From Pachysolen tannophilus NRRL Y-2460 (taxonomy: Eukaryota): a DNA stretch of 64,000 nt. Position numbers and translations under genes: made by a program. Positions 37,175 through 49,831 of the stretch are shown here, piece by piece (the first letter of the stretch is position 1; each line of letters opens with the position of its first letter). The stretch covers positions 866,268 through 930,267 of the forward strand of contig KV454016.1 of the NCBI GenBank assembly GCA_001661245.1, read 5' to 3'. Below the pieces are notes generated by a model, which saw nothing but the letters and a program-made list of their open reading frames with translations, did not search any database and had not been told where the DNA came from.

Positions 37175-40100
37175 ATGGATTTTAATTTGTCTGAATCGTT
37201 TACGGCGTTTCAAGATGCTGATAAAGATTCATTCACGTTAGATGATGATCCAAAAGTATTATTGAACAATATTACAGATGCATTAGCCGTATCGCCGGAA
37301 TCCATAGGTAGAGATGATGTTTTTGATTCGTTGCAAATGTTGGTTAATTGTTATCCGAAATTGAATTCAAAGAAGATTCAAAGAGAGCTTGCTTATATAG
37401 TATTTTCATCGATGAATAATATTGCACAAAATACTATAAATATTATTGAAAATGGAGAACGTGATTCTTTTCTATTATATAAGAAATATTTAGAGTTGTA
37501 TGGATATCTGACTTATTGTTTATTGGATTATTTTAGCAAGGAAGATTTTAGTGGGTTGGGGAAAAAGGATAAGAAAACTATTGAGAATTTTAATTATCAA
37601 AATAAAGAACTTTCAGATTCTATGGAAGCAATAATAATGGTATTAAAAATTAATTTATCAAAATTATTTGTAACTACTCCAGAAAGAGATTTATTTATAA
37701 GTTTATTTACAAGACCAATATATCAATTAATGGAGTTTAAAGAAAGAATGAAAAATAATACCGTCAAATTATTAATGTTTAGATGTATTAGTATGGCGGT
37801 TAAATTTCATGGACATGCAAATGTTGCTCAAGGTTCAATCATTTCAAATTTAACATTTTTTGAACATTTATTTGGACCTTTAGCAGAGTTATTACAAATG
37901 TTAACTGATCAATATGATTATAGTCAGTTAACAGAAGAAATTTTAAGAGAATTATCAAATAAAGAATATAGTGAAAAAGATGTTAATGTACCAAAGACAA
38001 TTGCAGCCTTCTTAACAAGGTTATCTGAACTAATACCGAGAGTTGTAATGAAGCAAATGACTTTAATTGCTCAATTGTTAGATAATAATTCTTCGACTTT
38101 AAGATCTGCTGTTATTGAAGCTTGTGGTAATATCATTACAAATATTTGCAAAGATAAAGAAATGTATGAAATTCATAAAGAACAAGTTGATAAATTTATA
38201 GACTTATTAGAAGGTAGATTATTGGATCAATATCACTATGTTAGGTCTAAAGCATTGCAAACTATGACAAAATTATGTACTTTGGACGTGAAGTTTAGCA
38301 CTCGTCGTCAAGAATTTTTAGATTTAACAGTAAGATCATTACAAGATAAAAGTTCTTTTGTACGGAAATGTGCATTAGAATTGATTACTGAATTGGTAAA
38401 TAACCATTCATTTTCCTTGTTACATGGTTCTCAGTTAGATTCGGAAGTTTGGAAAGCAAGATTGGAGGCAACTGAACATCAATTGGAAGAGTTAGATCCT
38501 ACTTATAAAGCAATGAAGGAGGCAGAAAAGGAAATGCTAAAAGAACTGCAAAATTTTGACGAAATGGATGTTGATGAAGAAGGTAACGATGAAGATGAAG
38601 ATGGAACACCTAAGGGAGCACAACAAGATGGAGATGAAGAGGAAGAGGAAAAAAATAAAGAAGAGGAGGAGGAGCAGCAGCAGCAGAAGGAGGATGACGA
38701 TGACGACGATGATGATGATGCGAATAATGCAGCTAATTTGTCAGTGATCAATGACGACCCTATACATAAAGACCAAGCAACTATCAATAATATTGCAAAA
38801 TTAAAACTTACCATACAGTATTATATTGATGCTCTTAAATTTATAGCATCTTTAGAAAAAGCTTTAGAATTAACTTCTCAGTTATTATATTCAAAAAATA
38901 AAACAGATGTCATTGCTGCAATGGAATTTTTTGTTTTGGCAAATGCATATGATATACGTGGTAATGAGATTGGTATCAAACGTATGTTGCATTTAGTGTG
39001 GATGAAAAATGGGAATGATGAAAACGATAACATTCCCAAAAAATTGGTTGAATGCTACCATCACTTATTTTTAATTTCACCACCAAACACTTCAGCCATT
39101 CAACATGCCTCATATGTTGCCAAGAATCTATGTAAGTTGACTTATAATGCATCTGTTGCAGATTTGGCCTCTCTTGAAAAATTAATTTATTTAATGTACA
39201 AAGACAAATTAATTGATGATATGATAATCAAAGTATTGTGGCAAATTTACAGTTTCCAACAAAGAATTGAAGAGATCACAGAGAGACAACAACGGAAACA
39301 ACGTCGTGGTGCAATTATTATATTAGGCATGTTGGGCTTAGCAGATCATACTATTGCATTAAAAGGTTTGGATTTATTATTAAGTATAGGACTTGGAGAA
39401 AATGGTAAGGAAGATTTAATTTTACAAAGATATTCCTGTATTGCTATTCAGAGAATTATACCAAGTCTGAAAAATGTTGAAATGGTGGATGACACCAATA
39501 GCAATCAATTTATTATGTCCAGGGAAAAAGAAGTGATTGAAAAAGTGACTAATATATTGTTGTATTATACTGAAGATCATGAATGGTATAGTATTGCTGA
39601 ACAAGCAGTGAGTGCTATTTATGGAATTTCTCAAGCGCCCGATGAGGTATGTACTGAGATCATTAAGAGAAAGACTGTAGAAGTGTTAGGGGATTCTGAA
39701 AATAATAATGGAGCTGTAGAAAGCTCGAATAAAGATGATTCAGATGGAAAGAATAGAAAACAGATAATAGGACTTTCACAATTATTATTTATTGTGGGAC
39801 ATGTTGCCATTAAGACAATTGTCTATTTGGAGAAATTGGAAACTCAATTTAAGAAAAAAAAATTACAGATTGAGCAGTCAAAAACACAAAACGATGAAGA
39901 TGGTCTGCAAAAGGAAAATCCAGATAATGAGTTAGAAATGATTGGTGGTACTTCTGAAGATGACTTTGCTGATGCAGTTATTAGTATCAAGGAGCACCAT
40001 TTGTTGTATGATAGCAATTCGATATTATCTCGTTTCAAAGATATTGTCAAAGTCATATGTCAATCGAACTACCAATATGATAATATAATATTACAAAGAT

Positions 40101-40783
40101 CAGCAACTTTGTGTCTTTCTAAATTGATGCTTATTTCTTCTAAATACTGTGAGGAGAATTTACCCTTGTTAATTACTATTATGGAAAGGTCGCCAGACCC
40201 TATTATTAGAAGTAATGCAGTTCTAGCTTTGGGTGATATGGCTGTTGTTTTCAATAATCTTGTTGACGACAATACAGATTTCTTATACAGGCGTCTTAAC
40301 GATGATAATATAATGGTTCAAAGAACTTGCTTAATGACTGTTACATTTTTAATTCTTGCGGGTCAAGTGAAAGTTAAAGGACAACTTTCGCAAATGGCAA
40401 AATGTCTTGAGAACAAAGATCAAGGTATAAGTGATATGTGTAAAATGTTTTTCACTGAACTTGCAACAAAGGATAATGCTATTTATAACTCGTTTATCGA
40501 TTTGTTCAGTGGTCTTTCTAACGATGAAGATTTAGAACAAGATTCATTTGAGAAGATTGTCAAATTTGTCATTGGCTTTATTAACAGGGAAAAATCGAAT
40601 GATAAGCATATTAAGCAATTAAGTACTAAATTGTTACAAAGATTAAAGAAGGCAGAGAGTGAAAAACAATGGAAGAGCGTCAAATTTGTATTGAATTGTT
40701 TAGAAATTAAAAATGAAGAATTGGATAAGGAAATTAAAGATGCAATTAATGAAGGCTACAATATGGTTAGTGTTGAAAACTGA
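37175..40783 (+). CDS. YCS4: Condensin HEAT subunit Ycs4/Cnd1
   Basis: LFVTTPERDLFISLFTRP, ELEMIGGTSEDDF, IRSNAVLALGDMAV, MTVTFLILAGQVKVKGQL. Confidence 0.97.
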   Translation: MDFNLSESFTAFQDADKDSFTLDDDPKVLLNNITDALAVSPESIGRDDVFDSLQMLVNCYPKLNSKKIQRELAYIVFSSMNNIAQNTINIIENGERDSFLLYKKYLELYGYLTYCLLDYFSKEDFSGLGKKDKKTIENFNYQNKELSDSMEAIIMVLKINLSKLFVTTPERDLFISLFTRPIYQLMEFKERMKNNTVKLLMFRCISMAVKFHGHANVAQGSIISNLTFFEHLFGPLAELLQMLTDQYDYSQLTEEILRELSNKEYSEKDVNVPKTIAAFLTRLSELIPRVVMKQMTLIAQLLDNNSSTLRSAVIEACGNIITNICKDKEMYEIHKEQVDKFIDLLEGRLLDQYHYVRSKALQTMTKLCTLDVKFSTRRQEFLDLTVRSLQDKSSFVRKCALELITELVNNHSFSLLHGSQLDSEVWKARLEATEHQLEELDPTYKAMKEAEKEMLKELQNFDEMDVDEEGNDEDEDGTPKGAQQDGDEEEEEKNKEEEEEQQQQKEDDDDDDDDDANNAANLSVINDDPIHKDQATINNIAKLKLTIQYYIDALKFIASLEKALELTSQLLYSKNKTDVIAAMEFFVLANAYDIRGNEIGIKRMLHLVWMKNGNDENDNIPKKLVECYHHLFLISPPNTSAIQHASYVAKNLCKLTYNASVADLASLEKLIYLMYKDKLIDDMIIKVLWQIYSFQQRIEEITERQQRKQRRGAIIILGMLGLADHTIALKGLDLLLSIGLGENGKEDLILQRYSCIAIQRIIPSLKNVEMVDDTNSNQFIMSREKEVIEKVTNILLYYTEDHEWYSIAEQAVSAIYGISQAPDEVCTEIIKRKTVEVLGDSENNNGAVESSNKDDSDGKNRKQIIGLSQLLFIVGHVAIKTIVYLEKLETQFKKKKLQIEQSKTQNDEDGLQKENPDNELEMIGGTSEDDFADAVISIKEHHLLYDSNSILSRFKDIVKVICQSNYQYDNIILQRSATLCLSKLMLISSKYCEENLPLLITIMERSPDPIIRSNAVLALGDMAVVFNNLVDDNTDFLYRRLNDDNIMVQRTCLMTVTFLILAGQVKVKGQLSQMAKCLENKDQGISDMCKMFFTELATKDNAIYNSFIDLFSGLSNDEDLEQDSFEKIVKFVIGFINREKSNDKHIKQLSTKLLQRLKKAESEKQWKSVKFVLNCLEIKNEELDKEIKDAINEGYNMVSVEN

Positions 40784-40861
40784 AAAAAAATATAAATTAC
40801 TAGAAATAAATTTAGAATATTTTTAAGCAAATAAATTATATAAAAATATTATATCATATTA

Positions 40862-42157
<1,296 letters not shown>

Positions 42158-42397
42158 TTAGATCTGATTAGTTGACTTCGAACAAACAATTCAAAAGAAA
42201 TAGATATATATATTTATATATAAATTTTATTGAAAATAGAAAAATAGAATTGGCCTTTGGTTTAGCAATCTTCTTTCCTGCGCAAGGTGAAAATTTTTAT
42301 TAAGGTGAAAAAATAATGAATAAATTTTTATTCGATTTAACTAATTACGAGGAATACAGAGCGAGTGTATTAGTAATATATTGGGGTCTATAGAATC

Positions 42398-43684
42398 ATG
42401 AGTTCAGTTAGCTATGGAAGTAAGAATTTAGTGATTGATAATGGATCTTATGAGATTAAAATGGGGTATATGGGGGAGAAATTGCCCATAACGGTTCCCA
42501 ATTGCATAGTTCGGTCAAAGGACAGGAAGGTTTATATTGGAGATCAATTGAATTATTTATCCGATGTATCACAGGTTCAAATACGAAGGCCTTTTGAAAA
42601 AGGTCAATTGACTTCATGGGAATTGGAGAAACATATTTGGGATTATTCATTAGTTGAAAAATTAAGAGTAAACAATGATTTAGGAAATTTTAATGATACA
42701 AATTTGATCTTGACTGAGACACCATTTTCATTACCTCAATTATCAAAAAATTGTGATCAGATTGTTTTTGAGGAATATAATTTCAACTCATATTATAGAA
42801 CGCCTGTAGCTTCTTTAATTCCATGGAATATAAAGTCGAATAGATTATTATTAAATGATGATGGTCCAATTGATAAACCATATGATGATTTCCAACTTAT
42901 TGTGGATTCAGGTTTTAATTGTACATGGGTAATACCTGTGATTTATGGAGTGGTTTATTGGAAAGGAGTAAAGAAACTTGCCATTGGAGGAAGGTTATTA
43001 AGTGGGTATTTGAGAGAATTGATTTCATTTAGATATTATGATGTAACAGATGAGACTTTATTGGTGAATAATATTAAAGAAAAATCATGTTTTGTTGCAC
43101 AGGATTATAACCAAACAATATCAGATATGATTAATTTGAAAAATTCAAAGAAAAATACAGATAGCAACTTGATGGTTGAGTATGTATTGCCTGATTTCAA
43201 GACTACAACTACAGGGTATATCTTAACAAAAGAGATGAAAAAACAGAAAACCCTGAGTGAATTAGAAAATTTATTAGTTTTAAAACTATATGATGAAAGA
43301 ATATCGACTCCAGAGTTACTTATTCATCCTGAAATTGCTCAATTGAAGAAAAAAGGTTTAACAAGTACAATAATAGATTCTATTCAATCATCACCGGAAC
43401 TTGCTAGACCATTATTAGCAGCAAATATCATATTGATTGGAGGAAACTTTAAAATCCCTGGTTTTAAAGAAAGAATTTTAAAGAATTTAAAAGAAAATTT
43501 GCCTGATTTTTATAATACAAGAATTGGATTAGATAAAGAGAAATGTACAACATATGGATGGGAAAGCGGTTGTAAATTATTTGAAAATAAAGATATTGGG
43601 TTTAATAAAGTTTGTATCACTAAAGAAGAATATTTAGAGCATGGAGTTAACTGGTGTCTGAAGAGATTTAATTTTAATTATTAG
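42398..43684 (+). CDS. ARP6: Actin-related protein Arp6 (SWR1 complex)
   Basis: LVIDNGSYEIK, RRPFEKGQLTSWELE, VDSGFNCTW, YLRELISFRYYD, EYVLPDF, EEYLEHG. Confidence 0.93.
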   Translation: MSSVSYGSKNLVIDNGSYEIKMGYMGEKLPITVPNCIVRSKDRKVYIGDQLNYLSDVSQVQIRRPFEKGQLTSWELEKHIWDYSLVEKLRVNNDLGNFNDTNLILTETPFSLPQLSKNCDQIVFEEYNFNSYYRTPVASLIPWNIKSNRLLLNDDGPIDKPYDDFQLIVDSGFNCTWVIPVIYGVVYWKGVKKLAIGGRLLSGYLRELISFRYYDVTDETLLVNNIKEKSCFVAQDYNQTISDMINLKNSKKNTDSNLMVEYVLPDFKTTTTGYILTKEMKKQKTLSELENLLVLKLYDERISTPELLIHPEIAQLKKKGLTSTIIDSIQSSPELARPLLAANIILIGGNFKIPGFKERILKNLKENLPDFYNTRIGLDKEKCTTYGWESGCKLFENKDIGFNKVCITKEEYLEHGVNWCLKRFNFNY

Positions 43685-43829
43685 ATAGATGAATATAGGT
43701 ATCATAAATAGTTTTGATTAAATTAATTATTTTAACATTTTTAGGGGAAAACAACAATAAAAAAAAAAAAAAAAAAAATAACATTATAAACACTCTAAAA
43801 GTTCTTTCTTTTGTCCTATTACTTTTCTT

Positions 43830-46800
43830 TTATAACACATCAAACGTGGATGTAAATCCAACAATAACAAAGCAGCTAACAGCAACAAAAACGCACCAGA
43901 TCATCACTTGATGCCATAATGGAGGAGAATTGTATCTAACCAACATAAGGCATATGCTTAAAATGATCAAGGCCAACGAAAATACCAATCCTAGGATAAT
44001 CATTACAAGGATCATTGTAGAAACAGTGCCATTATTTGCCAAATCATCTGATTCTAAAATGGAAAAGATTATACCAACTGATATACCAGAAGTCAAGCAC
44101 GACAAAAAAAGAGTTGTCAAGTATAAAAAAGTTATAACTTTATCGTATTGTACGCGCTTATAATATGTTTCTTGTGTTGATCTGATATGACGGTGATGTT
44201 TTTTATTATTGAGATTAATTGAAGGTGTTGGTGAAGAGTATCTAACTTGAGGCGGACGGTTGTTTTCAGTAACTTCATCAACTCCAGAATCTTCATCAGC
44301 TCCAGATTCCATATCTAAATTCCCAATGGACCCGTAATTGGTGTTATAAATATTATATCCGTTTGTACTGCTACTACAACTTCCATCATTACTAAGGCTA
44401 CTATGACGATTACCATTGAGCAAATACTTATCATAATATTCGTCTTGATTACTTTCAGCGTCATCGTTTTGGTTTAAAAGCAAAAAATGTAAGCCCAAGT
44501 AATTAATAAAATGGTTGTAGCACAGTATAAACTTATTCGATAATAAAAATAAATTTCTAACTTTTTGCTGTGATAAAAATGGTGTTGTCTCCATAACTGC
44601 ACCTTCGTCTTCCAGGTTAGGATCACCATAACCTTCTTCATTGGTGTATATGAAAAAACGACCTTCGTTATCTTCAAAATCAGAGCCATTATCAAATTCA
44701 TTCCAATATTTTGTATCTGGGTTTGGAGTTTTCACAAATTTTGTCTTTTTAGGTAAATGTTGCTTAGAAATTGGAACAAAATCATTCTTATTCAATAATA
44801 TTCCTCCATTAGAACCATTGTTATTATTGTTGTTGTTATTATTGAGATTAAGAGTTTCTTGTAATATTTCACTATTTTTTGGAGGTAATTTCCTAATATC
44901 TGAATTTTGTTCAATATCATCAAACCATTTAAATCTTGACCATTCAGTAGGATCATCAATCACCACTGAATCTCTATAATATTTTAAAATGTAATAATTC
45001 ATCAAATTAAAACCAGCATTACCATCTATTTCATAAACTAAATAAGAATCTATTAATTTTTGAATTTCTGTTGGGAAAAACAGTGGTAATCCAGAGGATG
45101 CAGAAGCTGCTGACGAATCTGATGATATACTAGATACATCGTATCTTATAGTCAACAAAGAGTATGGAAAATGGTCAGATATAATATCATCATGATCTGT
45201 CCATGATCTTGTTGATAAATCTGAAATTGCAGATTGAATCCCCGTATCCAATGTAATAAAGAAATTAGGATTATGCTTGGTTAAAAATCTTGTTCTATTA
45301 AATTTTACCTTAACTATAGGATCATTATTGTTACTTAATATCCAATTAAGGGCCTTTAAATTATCTTTATTGAACATTGTACTATTGCTGTTAATACTAT
45401 TATTATCCTTCAGATTTTTCAAAAGAGTATTCAAATTTTCAGCTTTTGAATCCTTCCCATCAGTAATGAGTTCATCAATAACATCATCTGGTAAGATAGA
45501 GTATGCCACATTTTTAAATCCGCCGATGGGGCAGGATAAGAATGAATGATTTGTTTCAATTTCAGTAACAATAGAAGCTGGAATATCACTATTTTTCAAT
45601 TTCAATTCCATGTTATCACGATTGTTTAAATAAAGGCAAGTCAACATATTCCCAGGATTGAATTTATTATTATCTAATTCTTGTTTATCATCTTGATCTT
45701 GTTGGTCATCATCTTCTCCATCGGTGGCATTATTTGAGTTGTTGTTGTTGTTGTTGTTGTTGACAGTTTTATTACTTTTTGTTGCGCTTAAATTACTTTT
45801 GATGGATCTAGTTCTATTAGCTAGATGTAAATGAGATGGAGTTTTTTTCAATAAAAGTCTTGAATTTTTGGAATTTTTTATAGTTCCTTCATCATTACAA
45901 ACCAAATTAAATTCTTTTAATAAAATAAGTCTTATTTCATTTAAATTATCATCATGTATTAAGAAATTTTTAGATCTAATACCTTTTATAAGTGAATTTA
46001 AATCAAAATTTGCAGTTTTAGAATTCAATAATGGTAATTGTGATAATTGATTATGCAGACGTAATGATGAATTATTTATCTCTAAATTATTATTATTATT
46101 ATTATTGACATAGGGTAAAAATTGTTTTGAAGAATTACCATCTATTGAATTATTATCTAATGAGCTTAATACATCCATAAGTAAACTTAATTCTTGTATT
46201 CCATCATTTAAATTTGTATTAATAAAAGATTCTTGATTTTTTTCTAATAAATTACCTTTAATATAATTTATGAATTCCAGTTTATTTTCTAAATTTGAAT
46301 ATTTAAAAAATTTTTTAAATAATTTTTTCAAAATTAATTTTTGAAGATTTATAAATTTTGCTAAATCTTCATATTCAACTAATAATTTATTTGTTTCTGA
46401 ACAAATTTTATAATAATTTCTTATTCTTATCTTTGCAATACTTGGAGAAAAAATTTCTTCATTTTCATTATTATTTAAAGTAATTAATAATTGATTAATT
46501 TTTTCTCTTAATAAGATAAGTTCATTTGAATTTTTATCATTTGTTGAATTAACAAATAAAGAAACAAAATTAATTTCTTTTTGAAAAGTCTTGTATAAAT
46601 CTTTTATTAAATGGACATATTGTTCATGATGAGCAGCCAGTTCCAGACTCAGCGCCGCTTCAACACCTGTTTCCAGTACTTCTGTTCCCAGTACTTCTGT
46701 TCCCGGAACTACTTTTCCCAGTGCTACTGTTTCCACCACGGGTACCGTAGTGGCCAACTTTATCTTATACTTCAACTCATTATAATTTATATTATTATGT

Positions 46801-46847
46801 CTCCATCTAGATATTGATCTTTTGCTTAGTTCCTGTCCAAACTTCAT
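43830..46847 (-). CDS. VTC5: SPX-domain membrane protein, Vtc5/YDR089W-like
   Basis: ATG 46847 MKFG..W..INYNELKYKIK (SPX), central VTC-like region, KYWNEFD, three C-terminal TM helices; adjacent to SLU7 as in S. cerevisiae. Confidence 0.8.
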   Translation of the reverse strand: MKFGQELSKRSISRWRHNNINYNELKYKIKLATTVPVVETVALGKVVPGTEVLGTEVLETGVEAALSLELAAHHEQYVHLIKDLYKTFQKEINFVSLFVNSTNDKNSNELILLREKINQLLITLNNNENEEIFSPSIAKIRIRNYYKICSETNKLLVEYEDLAKFINLQKLILKKLFKKFFKYSNLENKLEFINYIKGNLLEKNQESFINTNLNDGIQELSLLMDVLSSLDNNSIDGNSSKQFLPYVNNNNNNNLEINNSSLRLHNQLSQLPLLNSKTANFDLNSLIKGIRSKNFLIHDDNLNEIRLILLKEFNLVCNDEGTIKNSKNSRLLLKKTPSHLHLANRTRSIKSNLSATKSNKTVNNNNNNNNSNNATDGEDDDQQDQDDKQELDNNKFNPGNMLTCLYLNNRDNMELKLKNSDIPASIVTEIETNHSFLSCPIGGFKNVAYSILPDDVIDELITDGKDSKAENLNTLLKNLKDNNSINSNSTMFNKDNLKALNWILSNNNDPIVKVKFNRTRFLTKHNPNFFITLDTGIQSAISDLSTRSWTDHDDIISDHFPYSLLTIRYDVSSISSDSSAASASSGLPLFFPTEIQKLIDSYLVYEIDGNAGFNLMNYYILKYYRDSVVIDDPTEWSRFKWFDDIEQNSDIRKLPPKNSEILQETLNLNNNNNNNNNGSNGGILLNKNDFVPISKQHLPKKTKFVKTPNPDTKYWNEFDNGSDFEDNEGRFFIYTNEEGYGDPNLEDEGAVMETTPFLSQQKVRNLFLLSNKFILCYNHFINYLGLHFLLLNQNDDAESNQDEYYDKYLLNGNRHSSLSNDGSCSSSTNGYNIYNTNYGSIGNLDMESGADEDSGVDEVTENNRPPQVRYSSPTPSINLNNKKHHRHIRSTQETYYKRVQYDKVITFLYLTTLFLSCLTSGISVGIIFSILESDDLANNGTVSTMILVMIILGLVFSLALIILSICLMLVRYNSPPLWHQVMIWCVFVAVSCFVIVGFTSTFDVL

Positions 46848-48073
46848 TACCCAATATAATCCTGCCTCGAAAAAAAAAAATAAAAAAAAAAAAACAAGAA
46901 GCAAAATAACACTTATATATATAAATATATATTATATATATATTTTTTAAAAATAACCGCTGTTTAATTTTATTTATATTATTATATTAATTGTTATTAT
47001 TACTATATTTCTTTCCCTCCTTATCTTTGATTTCAAAAAAAACAGTGGCTGCTGCAGTTTACAAAAAAGAAAACAAGTATAAAAAACAAAAAAAAAAAAA
47101 TTTTTTTTCCCCCTTTTGAATCTTTTGACCCTTACGTTTTAATCTATCTTTTTAATCTATAGCAGAATAAAAGATAACTAACTAATTTAATTCAATTGAT
47201 AATAATATCAATAATAACAATTTTATTTTAAAAAAAACAATATATATATATAAATATAATATATATAATATTAAATCATTTTTTGTTTTTTTACATAAGT
47301 GGATCTTCGCCTTATATTTAATACCACTTCGCTCGTGTGATCAATTAACTTATTCAATAATTTTAACTTTGACTCAGGATTGAAAAGCCCAAAAAGAAAT
47401 AAAGAAAATAATAATAATAATAATAACAATAATAAAAATGAAGCTGCTTCGCGCTGTGATTGGCCGAGGGGCGTGCTTGTAAAATCCCACTATTGCGGGG
47501 CGGAGAAAGTACTGTATATTTAGTCGCACATAACCGCATACTAAGAAAGAGAAAAAAAAAAGTCTGGTGTCAAATTAGAAAATCTTACCTTTACACCGCC
47601 CTCAAACTCATATCGTTACTATTTTTTTTTTTTTTTCGGAATTAAACGAATACGTTCCGCTATACAGTCCCATGTTTATCCCATTCTTACAGAGGAGAAA
47701 CGTGCTCAATCATTTTAGTAATTTATCACAATGTACAATTCTAATTTAAAAAAAAAATACGTTTGTTACGTATACATTTAAAGACAATACACATACATAA
47801 AATACATAAAATACGTTAATAAAAATTTGGACAAAAAAAAAAACAAACCAAAAATTAAAATGTTAGTTAGAAAAAACGCATAAAAGTTAATTTTTTAAAT
47901 CTTTTTTTGTACCGCTACTCCGAGGACTAATTTATTTAGTACCGATATATTTAATACTAAGAAAACTAAGAAAAAATAAAGAAAAGAAATCTTTAATACT
48001 CTAGTTTAATGATATAAACTATATATTATATGACCTAATTTAGTCACCAAATAAGTAAACTAAAAAATGAGTA

Positions 48074-49831
48074 TTATATGTCTTGAGAGCAATAACTATT
48101 TTTGTAAAGTTGTTTACAACAGATGTACCCCCATTTTGCAGTTTTTGGATCGTAAAAACTTCCCCATACACTATTATGATTTCCCGGATAAATATCTTCA
48201 TTATATTTTGAACTTGTTTTGCTAATACGTTTTGGATTATAAATATCTTGAAAATCATATGCGGCTTTATCGATTTTGGATTTGATCTTACCATCTGAAG
48301 TATATTCAATATACGTTGAGTCTGTCTTGATTGTTGGTAGTTCCAGTGATGATGATGATGAAACTGGTTGATGATCCGATGGTAATACAGAAACTTCTTC
48401 TTTAGTTTCTGATGAGTCTGTTTCTAATACACCGTATTTGGCCAATAACTCATTTCTCTTGGCGTCTTTTAACAGTTTCAGTTCTTGTTGTTTTTTCTTT
48501 ATAGCTAGGAGAACGGCTGTTGGTGAAGCCTCAGGATGGTTGTTTAGATGCTTTAAATTAGATGTGGAAATATTAGAATGACCAACAGAAGGAACTTCCT
48601 TTTTAGAAGGAGATTCCCTCTTAGAAGGAGCAACAGGAGCAGCTGCTGCTGCTTCTGCTGCTGAAGCTACATCAGCTTCCTTTTCAGAAGAGGCATCAGT
48701 AGCTGCTGTTACCACTCCTGCTTCTGCTTCTGCTTCTGCTGTTTCTGCTGTTTCTGCTGCTGCTGCTGCTGCTGCTTCCTTTTTTGCAATAGCAGCTTCT
48801 CTCCTAGCAGTTCTCTCTTTTAACTTATTATCTCTATTCAAATCCCAAGCAAATTTTTTCAACCTCTCAAGCTCTTGTGCTTCTCCACTTCTATAACGAA
48901 CAAATTGATTAAACTCATCGATATAACCAATTTTTTTAGATCTATCAGTTCTTGTCTTTGGATTATACGTTATATTACCATCATTGATATTACTTAAATA
49001 ACTTGGTTTATCTTCTCTTGATCTTACCGATAATTTTTCCTCTTCTGCAGGATGCATCTTACTTGTTAAATCTTCTTGTACCAATTCTTGTACTTTTAAA
49101 TCTCTTTCTGAAGTCAATAACCCCAATTCTGCCATTTCTAAAGCTTCTTCTTCATCCATTTCTAATTCATTATTAACTTTTGTATCTGCTTTAGCTTCCG
49201 CTTTGGCGCTAGCTTTAGCTTCTGCTTTTGCACCTGCTTTTGCAATTTTGTCTCGTCTTATACTCTCCAATTCATGCCATATCTTATCCTGTTCATCCCA
49301 ATCATTATAACCATACCACCGGTCTCTTTTCTCATCCCATCCTTCCACATTTCTTATATATCGCACACGATCCTCCTCTCTAACTTCACCTTCTCCATTA
49401 AAATCATTCTTTTTGATATATCTGGCCCCATTTTTCCGTGGTTTTTCAAGACAATCTTTCCTCTTATGATTCAAAGAACCACAATTACTACAAGCATTCT
49501 TGGGGAAAAATTTAACTTTCTTAAACCGTGAAGTTTCTTCTTCTTCTTCTTCCAGCTTCCTCTTGTTATCATCAACAAATGCATCCACTATCCCAGATCC
49601 ATGAGTCGGCTCTGCATTGGAAACAACAGGCTTTGAAGGATCCAAACGCTGATGTGATAAATAATCCTCTTTCCTATTATCTTCAACTTGCTCATCGCTA
49701 CCATTAATCTTTTGAGAATCACTATACCAAGGCGCCCTCGAAATATATTTCGGAATATAAGGATTTATACTTTTTCCATTAGCATCATACTTGATCTCTC
49801 TTCTAGTTCGAGTCGGTTTATTATAACTCAT
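48074..49831 (-). CDS. SLU7: Second-step splicing factor Slu7
   Basis: ATG 49831; NPYIPKYISRAPWY, Zn knuckle CSNCGSLNHKRKDCLEKPRK, WDEKRDRWYGY, REDKPSYL, SKYNEDIYPGNHNSVWGSFY..WGYICC. Confidence 0.95.
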   Translation of the reverse strand: MSYNKPTRTRREIKYDANGKSINPYIPKYISRAPWYSDSQKINGSDEQVEDNRKEDYLSHQRLDPSKPVVSNAEPTHGSGIVDAFVDDNKRKLEEEEEETSRFKKVKFFPKNACSNCGSLNHKRKDCLEKPRKNGARYIKKNDFNGEGEVREEDRVRYIRNVEGWDEKRDRWYGYNDWDEQDKIWHELESIRRDKIAKAGAKAEAKASAKAEAKADTKVNNELEMDEEEALEMAELGLLTSERDLKVQELVQEDLTSKMHPAEEEKLSVRSREDKPSYLSNINDGNITYNPKTRTDRSKKIGYIDEFNQFVRYRSGEAQELERLKKFAWDLNRDNKLKERTARREAAIAKKEAAAAAAAETAETAEAEAEAGVVTAATDASSEKEADVASAAEAAAAAPVAPSKRESPSKKEVPSVGHSNISTSNLKHLNNHPEASPTAVLLAIKKKQQELKLLKDAKRNELLAKYGVLETDSSETKEEVSVLPSDHQPVSSSSSLELPTIKTDSTYIEYTSDGKIKSKIDKAAYDFQDIYNPKRISKTSSKYNEDIYPGNHNSVWGSFYDPKTAKWGYICCKQLYKNSYCSQDI

